This document shows positions 57,215-64,000 of a DNA stretch of 64,000 nt, piece after piece. Numbering within the stretch: position 1 is the first letter of the stretch; each line of letters opens with the position of its first letter. The translations under genes and the position numbers were made by a program. This DNA is from Vicinamibacterales bacterium (lineage in GTDB: Bacteria > Acidobacteriota > Vicinamibacteria > Vicinamibacterales > UBA8438): NCBI GenBank assembly GCA_965215895.1, contig CBDCEY010000005.1:160792-224791 (forward strand), in the 5' to 3' direction. The notes below the pieces were generated by a model, which was not told the DNA's origin, made no database searches, and saw only the letters and a program-made list of their open reading frames with translations.

Positions 57215-57383
57215 CCCGGCTCACAGGGCGAGAGACGGAAGCGAGGAGACTCGGAATGACCAGCCATGGATGGGCACGCGCCGCCGCGCTCGCCACGGCG
57301 CTGGCCCGTGCCCCTGCCCTACAACAGGGCTGGGACTGTGAGCCGCCCCGGTAGGCGGCGCCGAACGGGTCCGTCCCGCTCCT

Positions 57384-57414
57384 GCCCCGCCCCGCCTTCC
57401 CGGTGGGGCGGGGC
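57384..57414. terminator. GC-rich hairpin between convergent genes
   Basis: 10-bp stem, gccccgcccc (57384-57393) / ggggcggggc (57405-57414), with an 11-nt loop. There is no U-tract, so terminator function is only a guess. Confidence 0.3.
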
Positions 57415-57455
57415 TGACGCCGCGCCCCACGCCTCCCGCCAAGCGCACGCACGGC

Positions 57456-58469
57456 TCAGTCCTGCTCCTGCTCCGCCCGCGCCTCCTCGGCCCGGGCGCC
57501 GCTCAGGACGTTGACCATCGCGTGGTTGCCTTCGTGGCAGGCGTACTCCCAGAGCTGTCCAGCCGTCACGCCGCGCGAGGCCTGATCGGTGGTCATGGGA
57601 GCCGAAGCGGTCCACGCCTGCGTGAAGACCTCCGGGTCCTCCAGGGTGAACGTGTAGTCGATCGACTCGGGACCGACCCGCGTGAACCGCTCGACCAGCC
57701 GCAGAGTGGAGCGCGACTTCCGCCACGGGGAGCTCCAGTAGGCGTCCGGCTTGTCGGCCAGGTTGACGGTCTCGACGACAAGGGTGTCGCCCTCCCACCG
57801 GCCCCGCGCCTCCCCGGTCCACTGCGCGATGCCCGTCAGGGGCCGGTCGTCCAGCGGGATGACCCGCAGCTCGTGATACATCTCGTGCAGCATCACCACC
57901 TGCCCCGGGGTCTGCAGGACCTGCAGGTTCATGTTGTAGGGCTGGAGCGGCACCATGTTCGGAAGCCCGTCGGTGATGCAGCGCTCCCCGGTGTCGGCAT
58001 CGGTGTAGGAGTGGAACGGGCCGACCCCGTAGCGCGCCCGCTCGCGGTCGTGGGCCTCCCGCTCGCCCGGACGCCACGGAATGCGGCCGTCGGGCGGATC
58101 GACGATCAGCGAGGTTCGCCGGCTGCCGGTTATCCGAGTGCCGGCGTCCAGCCACACCTGGTTGTAGCCGCCCACGCTGCCCGGCGCCGACTGGCCGTCG
58201 CTCGCGGCCCGGCTCGCGGCCGACTGCTGCTCCAGCTCCGCCGCCTCCTCGTCGGTCAGCAGATCCCGTCCCGCCTGCGGCGCCGGACGCTCCAGCGGGG
58301 TCAGGGTCGCGGAGGTCCACACCCCCTGCAGGTCGGGCGCGCCCCAGGGAGTGCGCGCGACCGTCCACCCGTCGTCAGCTCCGGACTGGGCCGTCGCCGA
58401 ATTCGGTTGCGACACCAGCAACGCGCACCCCACGGCGACCGCGGACACCCATCGCCATCTATTGCTCAT
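57456..58469 (-). CDS. Conserved secreted hypothetical protein (paralog of 40245-41240)
   Basis: Start at ATG 58469. Signal peptide MSNRWRWVSAVAVGCALLVSQPNSATAQ. Shared blocks: SLIVDPPDGRIP, LQVLQTPGQVVMLHEMYHELRVIP, RGRWEGDTLVVET, EYACHEGN. Confidence 0.7.
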   Translation of the reverse strand: MSNRWRWVSAVAVGCALLVSQPNSATAQSGADDGWTVARTPWGAPDLQGVWTSATLTPLERPAPQAGRDLLTDEEAAELEQQSAASRAASDGQSAPGSVGGYNQVWLDAGTRITGSRRTSLIVDPPDGRIPWRPGEREAHDRERARYGVGPFHSYTDADTGERCITDGLPNMVPLQPYNMNLQVLQTPGQVVMLHEMYHELRVIPLDDRPLTGIAQWTGEARGRWEGDTLVVETVNLADKPDAYWSSPWRKSRSTLRLVERFTRVGPESIDYTFTLEDPEVFTQAWTASAPMTTDQASRGVTAGQLWEYACHEGNHAMVNVLSGARAEEARAEQEQD

Positions 58470-58549
58470 CGACCCTCTCCTTCCCCGACGGCCCGGTCCG
58501 GCGCCGAGAGGACGCCGGACCGGGCCGTGCTCGAACAATGCTCGACGAC

Positions 58550-59698
58550 CTACTGCACGTCGAGCCCGCCGCCCGCCGCGATCTCGCGGATGCGGGCGGC
58601 CTGGTTGGGGTTCGCGGCCACGATCTCGCCGAGACGCCCCACGATGAGGCCCCGGTCCGCCTCGGACAGGGAACCGGCCGCCGACGCCGCGCTCTCCACC
58701 GCCGCGTAGCAGTCGGCCTCGTAGGTGATGGACCCGCACTCGGCCGTCAGGTTGGCGAGAAGCGCCGCCGCGTTCGAGGACGCGCCGCCCCCGCCGGTCG
58801 AGTTGAACCGGGCCTCGGCCTGCTGAATCTCGGCCGCGGCGCCGCGGCGGATGTTGGCCCCCTCGGTGCCGGCCTGGAAGCAGGTGAAGTCGGGCCGGTC
58901 GGCCCAGCGCAGCGGCGCGCAGGCGTGGATGCCGGCCTCCTTGGCGGCGGTCGCCACCTCGGTGATCAGCGCCTCGTACTCGGCGTCGCCCTCGCCGTAG
59001 CCCGAGAAGTTGCCGAGGTCGCCGCTCGCCGCGAACAGCCCGTCCACCCCCGGGATCCTCGCGATCTCGCGAGAGGCCTCCACCCCCTCCAGCGTCTCGA
59101 TCATCAGGATCAGCACGACGTTGTCGTTCCAGGTCTGGCGGTAGCCGCCGGGCACGTTGTTCCAGATCTCCCCGGGGCCCTGTCCGCCGCCGGAGCTACG
59201 CCGGCCGACGGGCGGGAAGTAGGTCCAGTCGACGGCGGCCTGGGCCTCCTCGACGCTGTCCACGGTCGGCACCACGATGACCGCCGCGCCCATGTCCGTC
59301 GCGTGCTGAATCTCCCTCTCGTTGGCGTACGCGATGCGGGTGCCCGGCGCGGCCGGTCCCGGGCAGGTCCGCCACAGGCGCGCCACCTGCTCCCAGGAGG
59401 TCGCCTCGTGCTGCATCTCGACCCACATGAAGTCGTAGCCGGCCGCGGCCATCGCGCAGTAGGTGCGCGGATCCGTCGACCGGACCGTCCCGCCGATCAT
59501 CGGGCCGCCGTCGAGCAGCTTCCGCATGGCGGGGTTCCAGATCTGCGCCTCCTCGCCCTCCGGCAGGGCGAACCGGTCGCCGTACTCGAAGTCCTCCGCC
59601 CTGAACTGCGCCTCCGCCGACCCGGCGGCTGCGCCCAGCAGCATGCCGAGGGCGAAGGTGAGAACCGTGAACGTCTGCAATCTGCGCATGTTTTCCAT
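58550..59698 (-). CDS. HpcH/HpaI-family aldolase-like protein with signal peptide and C-terminal extension
   Basis: Start at 59698 (MENMRRLQTFTVLTFALGMLLGAAAGSAEAQ). AAAGYDFMWVEMQHE...VIVVPTVDSVEEAQAAV...LILMIETLEGVEASREIARIPGVDGLFAASGDL, plus an extra Ala/Gly-rich tail of about 100 aa. Confidence 0.75.
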   Translation of the reverse strand: MENMRRLQTFTVLTFALGMLLGAAAGSAEAQFRAEDFEYGDRFALPEGEEAQIWNPAMRKLLDGGPMIGGTVRSTDPRTYCAMAAAGYDFMWVEMQHEATSWEQVARLWRTCPGPAAPGTRIAYANEREIQHATDMGAAVIVVPTVDSVEEAQAAVDWTYFPPVGRRSSGGGQGPGEIWNNVPGGYRQTWNDNVVLILMIETLEGVEASREIARIPGVDGLFAASGDLGNFSGYGEGDAEYEALITEVATAAKEAGIHACAPLRWADRPDFTCFQAGTEGANIRRGAAAEIQQAEARFNSTGGGGASSNAAALLANLTAECGSITYEADCYAAVESAASAAGSLSEADRGLIVGRLGEIVAANPNQAARIREIAAGGGLDVQ

Positions 59699-59739
59699 TC
59701 CTTTGGTCGAGAGTCCGTGCCAACCCGAGTGTTCGTTCA

Positions 59740-59942
59740 ACGCCGCTATTCTAGCCCGCCAACCGCCGCCCGACGGCTCCGCTTGGCGCCCAACCAACCC
59801 TCCGGGAGTCGGCGCCTCCGGCAGGAGGCAGTGCTCCAACAGGAAGCGGCGCCGTTCTACGGCGCAGACCCCTGCCCGCCTGCGGCGAAAGATCCGCCGC
59901 AGGCGACCGGCGCTTCGCCCCGCGCCGAACGCGGTGCCGCCG
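59740..59942. repeat. REP-like mosaic repeat cluster
   Basis: It contains ggctccgcttggcgcccaaccaaccctccggg (related units at 63018-63049 and 63087-63118), the hairpin ggcgccgttctacggcgcag (copies at 1121-1141, 5799-5818 and 63122-63141) and further GC palindromes. Confidence 0.7.
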
Positions 59943-61037
59943 TCATTGCTCCCTCAGCTCGGACGGCCGGTGCAGCACGTAGCGCACCAGCCGCCGGCGG
60001 CTGACCTCGCCCGCGTAGATGTTCCCGTCGAAGTCCACGCCGAGGAACTCGATGCCGGCGCCGACGTCCTCGTCGTGCTGGGGAATGAAGTGCGTCACCC
60101 AGGCCTGCTCCGTCTTCAGGTCGCCGATGCGGACGCCCTTCTCCCAGCCGAGGTTGCTGCGCCAGTTGTCCGGCGGTCCGGTCCGGACCATGCCGGACAG
60201 CCCGTCGCCGGCGTAGAGAATGTCGTTCCCGTCGATGAACAACCCGCTCGGCTTGCCGTAGTGGGTCCAGATGTAGAGCAGGTTGCCGTCGGGGTCGAAC
60301 ACCTGAATCCGGCTGTTGCCGCGGTCGGCCACGTAGACCCGCCCCTGCGAGTCCATCTTGATGTCGTGGGGGTCGCTGAAGCCGGCCGCCTCCTTGCTCT
60401 CGGACCCGACGCCGCCGCCGACCGCGAGCAGGAACGTGCCGTCGCCCGAGAACTTGACGATCCGGTTGTTGCCGCCGCGGTGCCCGTCCGACACCCAGAT
60501 GTCGCCGCTGGGGGCGACCACGACCCCGGACGGCCCGTTGAAGTGCGCCTCGTCGTCACCCCAGACCCCCGCCTCGCCGAGCCGCATCACCACCTCGCCC
60601 TGCTGGTTCAGCTTCAGCACCTGGTGGCCGATGCCCATGCTCTCGCCCAGCGTCGCCCGGGAGTCGCCGTGCGATCCCCCCTCGGTCACCCACAGGAAGC
60701 CCTCGTGGTCGAGAAAGAAGCCGTGCGGGAAGGCGAAGAGCCCGGCCCCGAAGCTGTCGACGAGGTTGCCCTCCAGATCGAACTTCATGATCGGGTCGAG
60801 GTCGGTGCCCGCGCACTCGTTGGCGCCGCACCGGTCCAGCATCCAGAGGTGACGCCCGTCGGGGTCCGGGAAGACGCCGCTGACCGTCCCCATCACCCGT
60901 CCCTCCGGCAGCTGCTCCCAGCCGAAGGTGGCCCGATAGGGATTGGTCGTCGACGACTGCGCCCCTACCCCGCCGGCGCCGACGAGAACGATGAGACCGA
61001 TTACCAGCATCCACCCGATGCGTCCGAACCTTGGCAT
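59943..61037 (-). CDS. NHL-repeat beta-propeller protein (peptidyl-alpha-hydroxyglycine lyase-like), membrane-anchored or secreted
   Basis: Start at ATG 61037, preceded by AGGAGG. N-terminal TM/signal (IGWMLVIGLIVLVGAGG). NHL-like units (FPHGFFLDHEGFLWVTE, FNGPSGVVVAPSGDIWVSD, FSDPHDIKMDSQGRVYVADRGNSRIQVF). 364 aa. Confidence 0.8.
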   Translation of the reverse strand: MPRFGRIGWMLVIGLIVLVGAGGVGAQSSTTNPYRATFGWEQLPEGRVMGTVSGVFPDPDGRHLWMLDRCGANECAGTDLDPIMKFDLEGNLVDSFGAGLFAFPHGFFLDHEGFLWVTEGGSHGDSRATLGESMGIGHQVLKLNQQGEVVMRLGEAGVWGDDEAHFNGPSGVVVAPSGDIWVSDGHRGGNNRIVKFSGDGTFLLAVGGGVGSESKEAAGFSDPHDIKMDSQGRVYVADRGNSRIQVFDPDGNLLYIWTHYGKPSGLFIDGNDILYAGDGLSGMVRTGPPDNWRSNLGWEKGVRIGDLKTEQAWVTHFIPQHDEDVGAGIEFLGVDFDGNIYAGEVSRRRLVRYVLHRPSELREQ

Positions 61038-61170
61038 GAAGCCTCCTTGCGCTGTGGCGTTCGCACTCCGCGACGCCGTTGCATCCCTGATGACGAGCAG
61101 CCTCAGTTCGAAATCCCAAGGCGTTGACAAACCGTTGACGGTAGCCCGTCCCCGCACGCCCGTCGCCGCG

Positions 61171-62790
61171 TCACAGGCTCCCCTCGGCGTGGCGGCGCCG
61201 CAGCACCTTCTTGTCGAACTTGCCCACTCCGGTCTTGGGCAGCTCGTCGACGAAGACGAACCGGTCCGGAATTTCGAACCTGGCGAAGCTCGCGGCCAGA
61301 CGCGCGCGCAGCTCGTCCGCCGAGACCTCGTCGCCGACGGTTCTGACCACCACCGCCATCGGCCGCTCCGACCACTTCTCGTCCGGAATCGCGATGACCG
61401 CCGCCTCCAGCACCTGCGGATGGGCCATCAGCGCCCCCTCGAGCGCGACGGTCGAGATCCACTCGCCGCCGCTCTTGACGAGGTCCTTGGTCCGGTCCGT
61501 GATGGTCAGATAGCCGTCGGGGGTCATGGTGCCGACGTCGCCGGTGCGGAACCAGCCGTCCGCCGTGAAGTGATCCGGGATCGGCTCGTGCTTGTAGTAG
61601 CTGCGGATGACCCACGCCCCGCGCGCCTGCAGCTCGCCCATCGTCTCGCCGTCCCAGGGCAACACCGCGCCGTCGTCGTCGACGATGCGCAGCTCGACCC
61701 CGCCGAGGGGGGTCCCCTGCCGCGCCTTCACGTCCCACTGCTCCGCCCGGGACAGGGCCTCGTGCTGCCGCTGGAGCTTCGACACGGTCCCCAGGGGCGA
61801 CATCTCGGTCATGCCCCAGGCATGCAGGACATTGACCCCGAGGTCGCGCTCGTAGCCCTCGATGAGGGCTCGCGGCATCGCCGACCCCCCGACGACGAGC
61901 GCCCGGATGGACGAGATGTCGCGCGGCGTCGCCTTCAGCTCGTGATACAGCCCGTTCCAGATGCTGGGCACGCCGGCCGCCACCGTGACCCGGTACGACT
62001 CGATCAGCTCGGCGAGGGCCGCCGGCTGCAGATGCGGGCCGGGCATCACCACGTCGGCGCCGCCCAGCGTGCACGCATAGGGCAGGCCCCAGCACATCGC
62101 GTGGAACTGCGGCACCACCGGCAGGACGACGTCGGTCTCGGTGATCCCCAGCCCCATCGCCTGGTTCTCGCCGAGCGTGTGCAGGAACATCGACCGGTGG
62201 CTGAAGAGGGCCCCCTTCGGGTCGCCGGTGGTCCCGCTGGTGTAGCACAGGCCCATCGCCATGCGCTCGTCGGTCGACCGCCACTCGAAGTCGGCGGCGG
62301 CGCCGTCGATGAGGTCCTCGTAGTGCAGCACGTCGGGCAGCGCGGTCTCGATGTCGCGCGGCGCATTGACGAGGACGTAGTGCTCGACGCAGTGGATGTC
62401 GCCCGCCACCCGCTCGAAGAGCGGGAGCACGGAGGCGTCGACGAACACCACCCGATCCTCGGCGTGATTGACGATGAACGCGAGCTGCCGCGGGAAGAGC
62501 CGCACGTTGAGGGTGTGGCAGACTGCGCCGGCCCCGGGGATGCCGAAGTACATCTCCAGGTGCTGGTGGTGGTTCCACGCGAACGTCGCCACGCGATCGC
62601 CGGGCGCGATGCCGAGGCCCGCAAGAGCGCTGGCGAGGCGCCGGCTGCGATGGCAGAGGTCGGCGTAGGTATAGTCGTGCATCCCGCCGTCGGGCTGCCG
62701 GCTGTATATCCGCTTGTGGGAAAACAGACGAGCCGCATGCTCGACGATCCGGTCGAGCGTCAGCGGGTAGTCCATCATCAGGCCATGCAT
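61171..62790 (-). CDS. AMP-dependent acyl-CoA synthetase (fatty-acid-CoA ligase family)
   Basis: 539 aa. AMP-binding signature [20 protein letters not shown], plus [31 protein letters not shown]. Confidence 0.9.
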   Translation of the reverse strand: MHGLMMDYPLTLDRIVEHAARLFSHKRIYSRQPDGGMHDYTYADLCHRSRRLASALAGLGIAPGDRVATFAWNHHQHLEMYFGIPGAGAVCHTLNVRLFPRQLAFIVNHAEDRVVFVDASVLPLFERVAGDIHCVEHYVLVNAPRDIETALPDVLHYEDLIDGAAADFEWRSTDERMAMGLCYTSGTTGDPKGALFSHRSMFLHTLGENQAMGLGITETDVVLPVVPQFHAMCWGLPYACTLGGADVVMPGPHLQPAALAELIESYRVTVAAGVPSIWNGLYHELKATPRDISSIRALVVGGSAMPRALIEGYERDLGVNVLHAWGMTEMSPLGTVSKLQRQHEALSRAEQWDVKARQGTPLGGVELRIVDDDGAVLPWDGETMGELQARGAWVIRSYYKHEPIPDHFTADGWFRTGDVGTMTPDGYLTITDRTKDLVKSGGEWISTVALEGALMAHPQVLEAAVIAIPDEKWSERPMAVVVRTVGDEVSADELRARLAASFARFEIPDRFVFVDELPKTGVGKFDKKVLRRRHAEGSL

Positions 62791-62989
62791 CGCTTCGTCC
62801 TGACTGCGCGGTTCGGGCTGCCGGTCACCGGCCGCGGTGCTCCCCCTCCGGCTGGCGCGGCGAGGACACTAAGGACACTGACGGAAATCACCTTGCCGTG
62901 TGCCTAAACTAAGCGCGCGAAACCGTAGAAAACGGGCTGCGCCTGATGCAGTTGGCAACTTTATATCGATCGCTGTCCTGACCGGCGTG

Positions 62990-63150
62990 ACCGTCGCCCG
63001 GGAATCGTCGCTTTGCGGCTCCGCCCGCCGCCCCACCAACTCTCCAGGAATCTGCGCTGTCCCCGCCCGGGAATCGCCGCCTGGCGGCTCCGCTTCCCGC
63101 CCCACCAATCCTGCCAGGGTATGCGCCGTAGAAACGGCGCATACCCTGGG
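62990..63150. repeat. REP-like repeat cluster: two ~55-nt direct repeats plus a perfect 13-bp-stem hairpin
   Basis: The units start at 62995 and 63064, a 69-nt period: cgcccgggaatcg(t/c)cgc..ggcggctccgc......gccccaccaa(c/t)(t/c)ct.cc?agg. The hairpin is gggtatgcgccgt (63117-63129), loop agaa, acggcgcataccc (63134-63146). It lies 12 nt downstream of the lactonase stop, so it could act as a terminator. Confidence 0.75.
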
Positions 63151-63157
63151 GCGCAGA

Positions 63158-64000
63158 TTACTGACTCTCGAGATCGGCCAGCAACACCCACATCGGCCGA
63201 TTCCCGCCCTCATAGGTCTCGAGCGGGGTCAGCTCGCCGCCGTCCGGATCGATCCGATACGAGGCGATGCGGCCGGAATCGAGGCCGGCCGAGTAGAGGA
63301 AGCCTCCCCCGGGATCGAGGTTGAACGCCCGGGGCACCGGCTCGGTCGACACCCGGCCCGTCGCCGTCAGCCGGCCCGACGCCGGATCGACGGCGAAGCT
63401 GGCCACGCTGTTGTGCCCGCGATTCGGTGCGTAGAGGAATCGCCCGGACGGGTGAATCGCTATCTGCGAGCAGGTGTTGGGTCCGGCGTAGCCATCCGGT
63501 AACGTGGAGATCGTCTGGAACGGGGCCAGGGTCCCGGCACCCTTGTCGATGGCGTAGGCGCTGACGCTGCCCCCCTGCTCGTCGGAGAAGTAGACGACGT
63601 CGAGGGCGGGGTGAAACGCCAGGGCCCGGGGTCCGAGATAGGCCTCCGGGGCGTAGTGCGCCGGCGCGTTCGGGGTCAGGCGCCCGGTCGCCTGGTCGAA
63701 CGTGAACTGGAAGATCGCGTTGGGCCCCCGGTTGGCGATGTGCGGAACGTAGGCGAACCGGTTCGATCGATCCGTCAGGATGGCGTGGGCGCCGTGGGCG
63801 GTGAACCGCCACTCCACCGGCGGGAACGTCGCCGCACCGTCGCTGCCCACCGCGTGGACCGCCGCGGTGCTCTGGTAGTAGTAGGCGGACAGGACGAAGC
63901 GCCCCGATCGGTCCGTCGCCATGTACACCGGCTCGCCCTGGAGGGGCACGGTCCCGATCAGGGACAGCCCGCCCGAGCGCGGGTCGACCGCGAAGCTCGA
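63158..64000 (-). CDS. Lactonase-family 7-bladed beta-propeller protein (6-phosphogluconolactonase-like), 5' end outside the window
   Basis: Repeated blades: P.HAILTDRSNRFAYV, PRALAFHPALDVVYFSDE, SQIAIHPSGRFLYAPNRG, PRAFNLDPGGGFLYSAG. The open frame continues to the window edge. Confidence 0.8.
   Translation of the reverse strand, partial: SSFAVDPRSGGLSLIGTVPLQGEPVYMATDRSGRFVLSAYYYQSTAAVHAVGSDGAATFPPVEWRFTAHGAHAILTDRSNRFAYVPHIANRGPNAIFQFTFDQATGRLTPNAPAHYAPEAYLGPRALAFHPALDVVYFSDEQGGSVSAYAIDKGAGTLAPFQTISTLPDGYAGPNTCSQIAIHPSGRFLYAPNRGHNSVASFAVDPASGRLTATGRVSTEPVPRAFNLDPGGGFLYSAGLDSGRIASYRIDPDGGELTPLETYEGGNRPMWVLLADLESQ

Overview
This is a 64-kb high-GC chromosomal segment from a Gram-negative bacterium, as shown by Kdo/LPS genes, LapB and TolB-like beta-propellers. 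I cannot name the taxon.

Core backbone:
- A minus-strand TCA block: mdh-sucC-sucD-korA-korB-ndk.
- serA.
- A tightly overlapping LPS/nucleotide block: kdsB-pyrG-kdsA-kdsD-lapB-coaE.
- A MacB/FtsX-type ABC exporter.

Main signal, about 21.7-33.1 kb:
- This is a lower-GC island of about 11.4 kb, and roughly half of it is IS DNA.
- It carries a three-gene minus-strand operon: a DNA methyltransferase, a protein-kinase-like/P-loop NTPase fusion, and an unrecognisable 344-aa protein.
- Four IS insertions from three different IS types lie within or at the end of the central gene.
- Removing each IS plus one copy of its target-site duplication restores a single uninterrupted 835-codon ORF. I checked every junction by hand.
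- I read this as a candidate methylation-linked defence system that I cannot assign to any named system. Its presumed effector or sensor gene has been inactivated, while the methyltransferase is intact.

Rest of the window:
- A doubly mutated sulfatase.
- Two paralogous clusters of exported enzymes: PQQ dehydrogenase, a conserved secreted unknown, an HpcH-type aldolase and an NHL propeller.
- A HigBA module with a frameshifted toxin, next to Uma2 endonuclease copies.
- A decayed lower-GC YcjX/YcjF-like membrane cluster.
- An ISKra4-like IS just upstream of kdsB.
- A family of REP-like GC-rich palindromic intergenic repeats.

I recognised no rRNA, tRNA or CRISPR array. All calls come from manual reading and translation, and no searches were run.
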